Source of the DNA: Amphiscolops sp. MND2022
Taxonomy: Eukaryota
Direction: 5' to 3'
Assembly: GCA_964187785.1 (NCBI GenBank)
Contig: OZ076409.1
Location: 79,300,001 to 79,364,000, forward strand
DNA length: 64,000 nt
The notes beneath the pieces are model-generated. The model did not search any database and was not told the DNA's origin. It worked only from the letters and a program-made list of their open reading frames with translations. Below, piece by piece: positions 37,876 to 49,500 of the stretch; positions within the stretch are counted from its first letter, which is position 1; the number at the start of each line of letters is the position of its first letter. The position numbers and the translations under genes were made by a program.

Positions 37876-38700
37876 ATGGTTGGGTCTGAAGCAAGCCATT
37901 CATCACTAGTTTAGTGCTTTGGCCATGTCAAAAAATAACGCATATGGCAGAGAATAACAGAAACGAGCATCGATAAATAGTAAGACCTTTTGTAACCTTG
38001 AGCATGTCACTTGGAAACTACAGCTTCAAGTCGACCATTGGTTGAGCACTTGGTACGGTGCAAATACCGTACAATGGCTTGCTAGTATCCAGAGAAGCAC
38101 CGACTTACAAAAGCCGAACTGGGGAATTTCAAACTTTCCTCTTTTTCATCCGTTCGATCTCCTCCGAATGATTTAGGGAAATAAAATTTTTCATTCACGT
38201 CCCTTATTGTCCTCAAAACCATTTTTTGGGATGTTTTCCGACTGTTTTTTGATATATGTTAAACTTTTTCTTTCAGTACAAACCGAAACCGGGTTTTCGG
38301 ATGACAGCAACGTATAAGAACACTAAACTAACAAGACCGGCTAGTCAAGCTAATTCTGTGCTAGTTCATTCTCTACTTACTCTACTAATATTACGGAAAA
38401 AAAAACATTTTCAAGAGAGTTTTAGATAATTAAACTGTTTCCATCCCAAAACAAAGATCCTCAAATAACTCGAGTACTCTATTTTATGTACGAATCATAG
38501 CAAACAATGCTACTCTTCCTCAATCGGAACAGTGTAAGCTTTTCTGGGCGAACAAAAAGGTCCGGGAACATTATTTCAACGGTGTCCGGACATTACGCCC
38601 AAGGACATTACGCCCAAGGACATTACGCCCAAAGCGGACATTACGCCCAAACGTAAATTACGCACAAGTAAATTACGATAATGTAATCAGCTATGCCACA

Positions 38701-39885
38701 TGTCACAACCTCACTGTTGTGCTGGTGCCATTGGGCAATTCTTAAGAAAACGAGAACTGCAAAACCCGATTTCCAGAAAATCATGAATTTTAGATGGTCA
38801 ACAAGGACAATAAACTAATCCCCCAGCTTCTTACTTTAGTCATGTAACTTCATATTTGTTAACCAAATTTCATACTGAGTTCAGATTGTTATACATCTGA
38901 AGTATTAGAAGCGTAAATTTAATTCTTCATTACATACTTTTGAGAACTTATGATTGCATAAAACCCAGGTTAGAGTAGAGCAAACACGTGCTAATGAGTA
39001 ATATGTTACGTAATAATGATTCTTGTCTAGCCCAATTTAGCTTAATTACCATTTTGTGCTAGTGACTATGCGGTACTATGCGGTTCGAGTAGTACCGCAT
39101 ACTCGTCATTATGCGTTTTTGTCAAGTTCACTATGCGGCATCCTACGGTTCGATGTGCGACGAGTACTCGTCACTATACGTCACAACACTATACGTCACA
39201 CTGCGGTTCGAGTAGTGACGTATACTCGTCACTATGCGGATTCAGCAGTATAAGCTACAAATACCAGTGTTGCTAGAGTAATCTAAATTGCGTTTAAAAT
39301 AACCATTTGTATGATGCTCTTTATTGAATTCTAGGGTCTTAGTGCTCTATATTTCTTGAGATATAAATAGAATGACGTCTCCTGACGTAATTCTATTTTT
39401 GCAAATCCCTGTATGATACTTGTAAAAAGGAGTGTCATACTTTTAATTTTGAGACCATTAGTGCAGTTTTATACCGATCATTCCAAAAAATAACTTCATT
39501 TGAAAGCAGTAACTCTCAAAAGAAACTTCCCAACTGCCATGTAAATCAATTTTCATCAACTTTGATCACCAATTGAACTTTGCTTTATCATAAAACTGCA
39601 AAGAAAATTAACTATTTCTTGGCAAGAAAACCTTGTTTTTCACTTGAGTGAGATGGGAAACAGAAGAAACAGGAGACAAGTGATATTGAAAAAGACATTC
39701 GGGATCCAAAAATGAGAGGTCTAAAGGAGTTCGCGCATCTAATAACAAAAATCCAGAATCAGAAAACGACGATAATCCTCTCAGAGCTTCAAAAATGAAA
39801 GACTTAAGACATCCAGCCAAATCATTGTACCAAAACGACCTGAACTTAGAAGACGGAATAATAGCTTCAGAAGAGGATTATCACA
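38701..39885 (+). repeat. E4 5' LTR (1185 bp)
   Basis: TGTCACA...TATCACA; direct repeat of 41294-42478. Confidence 0.95.
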
Positions 39886-41293
39886 TGGTGACAGGAGCCA
39901 ACCGACAAATCTGTAGACAAATCTCGCAAAATGCTCATTCTTTATACGACACGACAGGATCCCACGCAAGCCAAGACACATCAAATTCAACGGAATTACA
40001 AATTGACCCAAATAACCAAATGGCAATAGCAATAAAGAAACTGGATACTCTCAACCATTGCTTTTTCACCCAAAAACAACCACCCTCCCTCCCTCGTCAG
40101 TTCAAGAAACAGTGGGGGAGCTCAGTGGAACAACCCACTGGACCAAAAGGAGGAATTTTGATAGAAAGTCCAACAAACAGATGATGATGATTTAGTTACA
40201 CCAAAAACTCAATAATACAAAACGAATCTACCTACAAAAACAGACAAACGACCCCAGAAAACTCCTAAAATACCTCATTACAAAGCAAACACAACAAGAC
40301 GCGAACGAATAAACGCTCGAAAAAACAACTTTGGTTCCAATCATAACCCAATCTACACAATCGTATACAGTTTGAAAACAACTGACACAAATTCAACTTA
40401 TCTGACTTTCCTTGCTGAGTAATAATTAAAGCATTGACTCAATAAATTGTGGATATTCGAGAACAAATATAATGGATGGCACGTTGAAGAAAGGAAAATA
40501 TTCACTAGTGGGCGATCGTCCCGGTGATTTTCCAGTAACACTGAGTTCAACCAAAACAAAATTTCGTTTCATTTCTTGTGCAAAAACAGAAATGAAAATT
40601 AAGTTCGGAAGCATGAGCGTACTTCAAACCGCAAGTATTTGAGTGCATCCACAAGAATCCTGAAGCGTTGAAAAATGCTTCAACTGAAATCCGGAAGCAT
40701 GAACTTACTTCCTTCATACAGCAAGTATTGGAAAGTGCTCCCACAAGAATCCTGAAGCGTTGAAAAATGCTTCAAATTAAATTCGGAAGTATGAAAATAC
40801 TCCAAAAGAAACCCGGATGTTGTCTGAATCAAATTAAGACATCTCCAATGCTAGCCTGGCCAGCTAAGCACTAAAATCAAAGACTAGTCAAAAAATCAAA
40901 CAATTCAAAAAACCGTGGGAATGGAAAATTTGTGACAGAAAAATGTCAGAATTGGAAATGACCCAAATAAACTCAGGAAATGACGTTCTCGTCGGTGATT
41001 GGTACTCCACGACAATAAATTTCTACTTGACATGCAAGCCCTATCGGATTTCCTCAGGATTGAAGAGTCTCCATCGAAATCCTAATTTACTTTAAAACTA
41101 TACTGCAATACAAAATCAAAATGAACCCAACTGATCACGCACTTTTCAAGTGCGGGACAAATGTTGAAGAATGGAAGCACCAGGACAAACAACTCCTACC
41201 AACTGCCTACGATAGGACGACATTAAAAGACAAGGTCCAGAACAGTTTTCGACGGGTTTGAGGCAGCTCTGTTTTTTTTTGAAAGTGCGGGAC

Positions 41294-42478
41294 TGTCACA
41301 ACCTCACTGTTGTGCTGGTGCCATTGGGCAATTCTTAAGAAAACGAGAACTGCAAAACCCGATTTCCAGAAATTCATGAATTTTAGATGGTCAACAAGGA
41401 CAATAAACTAGTCCCCTAGCTTCTTACTTTAGTCATGTAACTTCAAATTTGTCAACCAAAATTTCATACTGAGTTCAGATTGTTATACATCTGAAGTATT
41501 AGAAGCGTAACTTTAATTCTTCATACATACTTTTGAGAACTTATGATTGCATAAAACTCAGGTTAGAGTAGAGCGAACACGTGCTAATGAGTAATATGTT
41601 ACGTAATAATGATTCTTGTCTAGCCCAATTTAGCTTAATTACCATTTTGTGCTAGTGACTATGCGGTACTATGCGGTTCGAGTAGTACCGCATACTCGTC
41701 ATTATGCGTTTTTGTCAAGTTCACTATGCGGCATCCTACGGTTCGAGGTGCGACGAGTACTCGTCACTATACGTCACAACACTATACGTCACACTGCGGT
41801 TCGAGTAGTGACGTATACTCGTCACTATGCGGATTCAGCAGTATTAGCTACAAATACCAGTGTTGCTAGAGTAATCTGAATTGCGTTTAAAATAACCATT
41901 TGTATGATGCTATTTATTGAATTCTAGGGTCTTAGTGCTCTATATTTCTTGAGATATAAATAGAATGACGTCTCCTGACGTAATTCTATTTTTGCAAATC
42001 CCTGTATGATACCTGTAAAAAGGAGTGTCATACTTTTAATTTTGAGACCATTAGTGCAGTTTTAGACCGATCATTCCAAAAAATAACTTCAGTTGAAAGC
42101 AGTCTCTCTCAAAAGAAACTTCCCAACTGCCATGTAAATCAATTTTCATCAACTTTGTTCACCAATTGAACTTTGCTTCATCATAAAACTGCAAACAAAT
42201 TTAACTATTTCTCGGCAAGAAAACCATGTTTTTCACTTGAGTGAGATGGGAAACAGAAGAAACAGGAGACAAGTGATATTGAAAAAGACATTCGGGATCC
42301 AAAAATGAGAGGTCTATAGGAGTTCGCGCATCTAATAACAAAAATCCAGAATCAGAAAACGACGATAATCCTCTCAGAGCTTCAAAAATGAAAGACCTAA
42401 GACATCCAGCCAAATCATTGTACCAAAACGACCTGAACTTAGAAGACGGAATAATAGCTTCAGAAGGAGATTATCACA
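41294..42478 (+). repeat. E4 3' LTR (1185 bp)
   Basis: Direct repeat of 38701-39885, followed by the TSD. Confidence 0.95.
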
Positions 42479-42795
42479 CCACACATACCCCTAGTGCCCT
42501 AAATGCAGGAGCGAAGCGAAGCGGAGCGACGTGCCATATGGCCATGCCTCAATGTTGCTACTTGGCAAGGGAGCGAAGCGACCGAACCATACAACAAATA
42601 TTTAAGCCTCTTCAAATAACAACCTGAAAAAAACGCTGCTATTCGCTTTGAATAGCTTAATTTCCTTGGGCGTAATTTCCGTTCGGGCGTAATTTCCTTG
42701 GGCGTAATGTCCTTGGGCGTAATGTCCTTGGGCGTAATGTCCTTGGGCGTAATGTCTTTGGGAGTATTGTCCTAAAACCTTAGGTTAACTAGTAG

Positions 42796-43198
42796 TGTCG
42801 CGAAGTTTGTAGGGCATTCTTTCGTAACAATGAATGAAAATGATTGATTTTCATTGTTTCAGTCATATCCGGCTGCATTTTAATCATTGTGTGAAAGAGA
42901 TCTTCGAAAAGTTCAAATTTCTCAGATTTACCGTCAAAAGTCAGTGTGGTGGAACTGACAGGTCGTACCATTAGCGTTTGTGCTGATGGACGATTGTTCA
43001 TGCCAACCAATACTTCAGCTAGACGGTTAATGGGGTCAGAACCGGTAGTAGGTGCTGTAGTCTCAGAGACCTGGGGGATTGTATCCTGAGACTCGTTATT
43101 GTTGGAATGTTGACTTTGCAGGGGTTCACGGGATTGCATGGGACGTCCAGTGAGGAACTCAGGAACCATATGTGGGGTAGGGTTGGCTCCTGTCACCA
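42796..43198 (-). other. Extra PBS plus ~385 bp of gag plus an 8-bp LTR tip, beyond the E5 3' LTR
   Basis: PBS 43187-43198; 42804-43186 duplicates ~57111-57492; TGTCGCGA at 42796-42803 equals the LTR terminus; then the TSD. Confidence 0.88.
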
Positions 43199-44849
43199 TG
43201 TCGCGATTTTGTTCGCTGTTATATGAGTCTGTTGAACTTTCTCTAGACCTCAGTCTAGTATTTTCCTGTGTAAAGCAAGTTCTGGGACGATTTTCCCACG
43301 ATTTCTGAGCATTTCCAACTTCGGCGTTCCGTTGTAGCCCACTGGACCTTCGATCCCTTACGGTGAAACCGGTCGGCCGTGGGCTCAGATGTGGCCCGTT
43401 GGACCCTCGGTCCACCATGGTGAAATCAAGTCTCCCCTGCGTTTCTAGCGTATTTTGATTAGCCGGAAGCACTGTATTTGTTATTGCAGCTGTGATAGCT
43501 TCCTGGACTTGAGAACTCAAGCAGGTTTGACCTCATTGAGTTTTCTAGACATTTGATTTGAAATTTCCTTATTAATCAACCTAGTGGTCTCAATTGTGAT
43601 TTCGCTGTTTTCCCTACTATTGGTATTAAGTAAAGATATGAAATCTTCTCTTATAACGTTTGAACTTTGTTGTGGTCTACTAGACCCTGAATCCAAATTC
43701 CCTTCGTTTTCGCTAATGTTATTCTCTTCACCACATCTAGAGTAACTTCCAAGCATTATATCTACATTTTCTACATCAGACATTATGTCCAATTGCCTAG
43801 AGCGTCTCTTTTTGGCTTTCTGTCTCCTTGTTGATGGCATTGAACAAACTTTGGAGATTAATAATGAATTGACAAACGGTCTATTATTCCAATAAGTCTT
43901 GCAACGTAACAAATTGAATCAGCAGTGTATATAGTTGATAGTTTCATGAAATCAGAAAGAATCATCCCGGGGCCTACGGGTCCCCGCTATATATACTTCA
44001 CACTGCATGACCCGCAAAATTATGCTGGTCATGTTACTAATAATAGCTCCCGGGTTATATTTTGATACATGACGTCAATATTACTACAGCAAATTGCAGC
44101 TAAATATAGCATCAGGGTAAAATGGAGGGATTGACCAATGGTCTGTAAGTGTGATATTAGTTCTAAAATAAGCACATTTTGCTTTAAATAGTTACATGTT
44201 TACTTTAATATTTCATGTCTGACAAGTATCATGACAAACAAATCATCCATTATTACTGTACTAATAGACTTAAGGTCCGAGTACTTACATCAGTTTATTT
44301 AAATTGCAGCTCTAAATAGTAGTAACCGTCGCGGACTGACAGTACGCGCGGCTACAGTAAACATAATAGCATCGACTAATTGGCAGCTAATAACACCACG
44401 GTAGACCTTCGGTCCACGTGGCTACAGCAATAATAATGATAAGAATGTACAGCCCTCTGATTGGTTTATTTGAATAAGGCCGGTACGTACGCTGGACGTC
44501 AACAAGCGTTCATTTGAACACGTTTCCTAGTATTCAGCAAGCATTGTACGCATTATTTTACATTCAATTGACTATATTACAAATTCATTTAATCAATCAA
44601 ACAGGCACAAGACTCATCAATTAAGTATATTCCCGTAAGGTAAAAATGAAAACTAAGATGTAGCCGTGTGGACCACAGGTCTGCCACGGTAAAAATATAA
44701 AATAGCACTATTGGGATAAGATTAAACATAGTTTTGAATTGTTTTACCGTAAGTCTTTCAAATTGGCAATACTCCGGGTGGGGGGTTGGATTCTACATAT
44801 TCTTGGGAAATTTGATATTAATTCCCGTCACAGGCGGCAGCCTGCGACA
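43199..44849 (-). repeat. E5 3' LTR (1651 bp)
   Basis: Direct repeat of 57505-59156 with a 1-bp deletion near 43522; preceded on the minus strand by the short PPT AGGGGAG (44850-44856). Confidence 0.95.
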
Positions 44850-44895
44850 CTCCCCTAGGGACCAAAAGAACTTTCCCTTGGTTCATTCCAGCTAA

Positions 44896-45579
44896 CTAAG
44901 CATCTCTCCGTCTCTGTTGATCGTAATGCGTTTCGCCTCGTCTTGTAGTCGACTCAAGGTACGTCAGGACTACAGTCTCGCGGATTTGTTCGTATGATCT
45001 GCCGCACACAATGCAATCTCCATAAAGTGCAGCGTTCGGTTCACCACAGTTTGCTCCAATTCGCACACTAATCCCCTGAATGTGAGAGTTTACGGGCACA
45101 GTAAAATCTGTCACATTGGGTCCAACGTAATCATAACGACCATAGCTGGGCCCTTGTTCGCAAAGAGGTGGAGAAAGTGGCGTGTCCACCTGAGGGACAA
45201 GTTTTGAGCACTGGTTGATTGGACAATTGTTCTCTCTGCCGATTGCGTCTGGGCCAGTTCCTAATTCGACTATTGCTGTTTTGAAATCTTCAGGCCAGAA
45301 GTCCGAAAAGTCGTCCCAGGGGCACTCGGGCAACCCGTCGTCCACGCAGCTAGAGAGGTCCGTAGTCATCTTGCGTGTGGCATTCTGTTTAGTTGGGGCA
45401 ATTGGCACGTGGCGATAACAGGCGATGACTTCTATGTCACTGTCGTCCGAGTGACGTTCGGTCCCTTGCGCTGACACAGACAGAATGTCTACATTCATAT
45501 CCTCCTCTTCCTCTGAAGAGAAGTAGGCTGGGCTGACCAAAGAATTGGCCAATTCATCAATTGTGAATTGAGTTCCCAT
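44896..45579 (-). CDS. E5 second accessory ORF (227 aa, acidic, CxxC), unknown function
   Basis: ATG-initiated open frame just upstream of the PPT, same strand as gag-pol; DDSDIEVIA and CIVCGRSY motifs; no hydrophobic env-like segment. Confidence 0.6.
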   Translation of the reverse strand: MGTQFTIDELANSLVSPAYFSSEEEEDMNVDILSVSAQGTERHSDDSDIEVIACYRHVPIAPTKQNATRKMTTDLSSCVDDGLPECPWDDFSDFWPEDFKTAIVELGTGPDAIGRENNCPINQCSKLVPQVDTPLSPPLCEQGPSYGRYDYVGPNVTDFTVPVNSHIQGISVRIGANCGEPNAALYGDCIVCGRSYEQIRETVVLTYLESTTRRGETHYDQQRRRDA

Positions 45580-46591
45580 CTGAGATTTATATTTTCTAAG
45601 GAGGATTTTCTTGGCAATTTTGAGGTTTGCTAGTAGTCAACTGGTTTGGCTTTTGAAATTTGACTGAATGATTTTCTTCTAGTTATTCGGACTAGTGGTT
45701 TCACCCTTTTCGCGGGAATCCCCAGCGGGGAAAACGTTTTTCATCTTCTCTAAATTCTTGCCAAACATTCCATATTTGTAATTTTACGGAATTTCTAGAA
45801 GTAACAACTGAGGTAAATTTCATGTTAATTGGTCTCTGAGGGACTTGTAAGTTATTTGTACAACTACTTGATAGTAGTGAATAGGTGTAGTAAGTGTTAA
45901 CTCAAGTTAACACTTGGTAAATAAATTCACCATCAAAGACCTTCGGTCCGCGCGGCTACATCGAATCAAGTAGCCAATGAGGTGTCGTTGATAAATGAAT
46001 GATGAAAATTGATGAAAAATGAATGAAAATGGCGATTTTCTAAACTAATACTACTCTAATCCATGAAGTGAACTAATCCCTAAGATGAAGTAAAGACATG
46101 AATTTCACTGGCAGATCCATTCATGGTTTTTAGTTAATAGTTAAATAGTTGTACCAAAGGAAAGTAATGCATAATTGTAGATAAGAGACTGAATAGTAGG
46201 CCACGACATCCATTAGTATGGCGGTAATTAACTAATTAAGTATTTTACGCCTTTTTAATGCAATCGGTCTCAAAGTCTAGTAAAGTCGAAAGAGTAACAT
46301 TACATTAGTACATTGTGAATATAATCTTTGTGTCTGTTTTGGAGCAGTCCAGCAATTTTTATACTTGAAAGTTTACGAAATGCTTGCGTTATCTTTTGAA
46401 TTGATCAGTTCACCCTTTCGAATTCAATCATCCTCAGTGGTTCGGACCTGAAGTCGACACGGCTACAGAGACAATCGATACTGTTAGAGGTGGCCGCATA
46501 TTCTCTCGGCTAGAGGAATTACCCGTGTGGTTCTACCAACCATTTCTCCTTCCCAGCTAGCTAGATTGGACTATAAATTCTGTCTTCCATC

Positions 46592-49500
46592 ATGGAAACA
46601 ACATCAGATTGGTTCTTTAAAGATGTCTAAACTAAACTTGATCAAGGTTTAGGTTCGACTAATTTTACTTCCTCCATCGTGAAAAGTTTTCAAACTCATT
46701 TGAGTGAATTGAACTATACTTCCGAAAGGCTTTTGAAAGCGGTAAGATGGATTCATTTGCAGGAAGTGAACCGCGCGAATTTTTTTCCTTTCTATTTAAG
46801 AATTGATGCAAACGGCCAACCAGTCCAAGAGCCTACTGAAAATAATGGCATTGAAAATGAACCTGGAGCCGCAAATTCACAGGCAGCCCAAGAGACTAAC
46901 AGTACCAGCGTTAATGAAGGTGTATTAGTCAGCAGCCAACAGACTTCTTCCCCTCTCGTCACTTGCAAATTGCCTCCTACTTCAATTGAAATCATCGAAG
47001 ATTCCGGTTCCCAGTCGTCCTCAACCCAAGGGAACACTGAAGGTACTAGAGTAGACCTCCTTACCACGATGGACCCTGCGTCCCAGCCGCCACACTCGCC
47101 AGACTATTCGCCGTCATTGATCAACATGCTAGCATCCGACCAGAGCAGTTCAGAAGAAAGCATCCAGTCTTACTTTACATGTAAGGTCAGATGTACAGAA
47201 GGCGATGCGTCGAACAATGGTAACGTGAGTAAAACTCTCTCTCCCATAAAGGAGAGTGATAGTAGCCCTATCTCCATCACTCCAGCTGGTGATTTGACCC
47301 AAGAAAGGAAAACTGCCGGACCTGATAATTCCACCATCACTTTCCTCGAGCCGCGCCCACAAACTCCTGATGAGCTTGAGAGGGAACAAGATCGAAGGGC
47401 CAGCAAAAGGCCTAGGTTTGGAAGTGCTTCCACATCGGGCACTCATCTTTTTTCTGAAGACCCCTCCCAAACTTTAGGGCAAACGAGCTGTGACCCCAGG
47501 ATGCAAGACAACGAAGAAATGGATCAGGACCCATTCACAGGCCAGCTAATTACCTGCAGCAACTCTGAGGCCGGACTTGAGACCGATGCTGATTCGATTC
47601 AGAATCCCGCCGGATCAACTATAGCCCAAGCTTTAAACGTTCAGACTCGAAGAACACTCTTGGAAGCTGGCGATTTCGACAGTGCTTTCATACCGGTCGG
47701 TCTTCCCAGTACCCCCAAAAAGACAATGCTAGGACCCAGTAGTCGCGCCCTCATCAAAAAATTCTTTACCAACGCTGAGACATTTGATTTCCCCAAGGGT
47801 CACGCGACCATTGCATTCACTGAGGACCAAATTAGTGCCGTTGTAAAAACCGTTGCTGAAGAGACAGTTAGAACATCCTGTGACATGATGGAGAGGCTCA
47901 TACAGAAAGCGAGCGAATTGAATCTAGGGACCAGGGCTAACCGCAGTTTCTTTCCAGAGGGCTCGACAGCCCAAGGTTCCCTCCGGTCAAGTAGTCTGAC
48001 AACAGGACGATTTAGTGAGACAAGTGGCGCACTCCGAAGCGACGACGAGTTCTCCAGTATAGGGTACTCTTTCGAGCAGGCCGAACACGAGAAAATCAAC
48101 GCACCTCCCAAAGCTGGGTATGCCCCGTCGTGTAGCTATAAGGACCCCCGGTCCAATACGGATGTTTGTGGTGCAGATAGTCCAAGTGGTCAGACATTAG
48201 CTTCACTGAAAGCTGAAGCGCTCAATGACCGTAGTAAGCGCACCCGTAACCGCAAAGGGCGTTTTTCGGCAAATTCTGGTGCTGGAGGTACACGACGCAC
48301 TGTCACTAGATCTTGTAAGATCATGAAAGAAGCGTACTTTCGAGGGATGGAGTGGACGCGTACATTCGTTTCTGGCCCAGTAGACCCAAGGTGGAATCCC
48401 TATAAATTCTACTGGCAGATATGCAAGGCTAACATCTCGATATATGTTAAAGGAGCTCGGGAAGGAAATACTACGCCATTACGCCACAGAGAAGCATCTT
48501 AGGAAGGATCAAAGGTGGCGATATGAGTACCTATATCAAGTCGATCCCGTTACCAGGACCAAGATCTACCAAGTCAGAGGAAAAGATGGGAAACTTCTAA
48601 CCACGTATCAGTTGGAAATAGAGCTGCCCAAGTTCATCGGAGCGCAATTAGTTGAGATTGGACAGAAGTTGCCATTTTACGATGAGTACATGGCAGGGAT
48701 GGACCATATGTCTTCTTCTTCAGACGAACGAGCGAAGGTCCAACTTTCTATTCTGAGCAAATTCCTTCCACGCATCGGTGATCTTGAGCTCTTGAGGTCT
48801 TTTTGGAATGATGTCGGAGTCGTCGTAAATCATCAGGCTCTTTTCTTAGTGTTAGTTATGAATTACTCCCTAAAACCTCTGTTTCATAACTAGGGTCTAG
48901 TTTTGGCGAGGCCATAGTCGCTGTCCTAATTCTATTTGTTTCGTTTAGGTCCTGTTTCACCACATGTTTTTCGAGATCGTTACCGACATTGGGACTCACA
49001 TTAATGCTAACAACGAGTACGCCGTGGAGTTTGCCATTGATGGAGTAATCCTACTCGGCTTTATCAGATTTTGGCGAGCCGATCAGTTATGCCGCGTGTT
49101 CTTCAAGAGGACTAGCCGTTTGCAAGGCCCTACGAGTGCGGAGGTGTGTCTCCTCTCTTACCTCGTGGGGGCTTTCTCTCCTAAACCCAATCTAATCAGT
49201 TGTACTGGTTGTAGTGCCTGAACCGTCCAGCTTCTTGATCAAAGCCCCTACGGCAATTTCAGTATTCAAAGTCCTCCACGTTTTGAAGAACTCAAATTGC
49301 CACAGTTGCTCCACAAAAAGAATAACAGTGTATTCGGCCGGATAGACTTCTTTTCTGTGGCGAAATATTTAGTGGTTTCGCTGGGCGGTTGCATCGAGCT
49401 GGATTGGGTCCTACTTTCCCCTGAGCTATCCAAGGTATGTTGTACTTTCTTTCCCTATTCCATGACCCACGTGCTGAGTTAAATGTGGAAGATTTCAATC

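Larger units (their letters stand above)
38701..42478 (+). mobile_element. E4: non-autonomous LTR retrotransposon (3.8 kb; 1.4-kb internal region without pol)
   Basis: LTRs 38701-39885 and 41294-42478; PBS TGGTGACAGGAG 39886-39897; TSD CCACA at 38696-38700 and 42479-42483. Confidence 0.93.
38581..42779. mobile_element. ~416-bp MITE/foldback element with TIRs built from 15-bp tandem repeats, interrupted by E4
   Basis: Left array of GGACATTACGCCCAA (38588-~38677) and inverted right array TTGGGCGTAATGTCC (~42657-42772); GGT...ACC termini. Confidence 0.75.

Noticed and set aside
38588..38677. Possible CRISPR array (15-bp repeats, also 42657-42772)
   Set aside because: Head-to-tail repeats with no unique spacers, paired in inverted orientation, in eukaryotic DNA with no cas genes.
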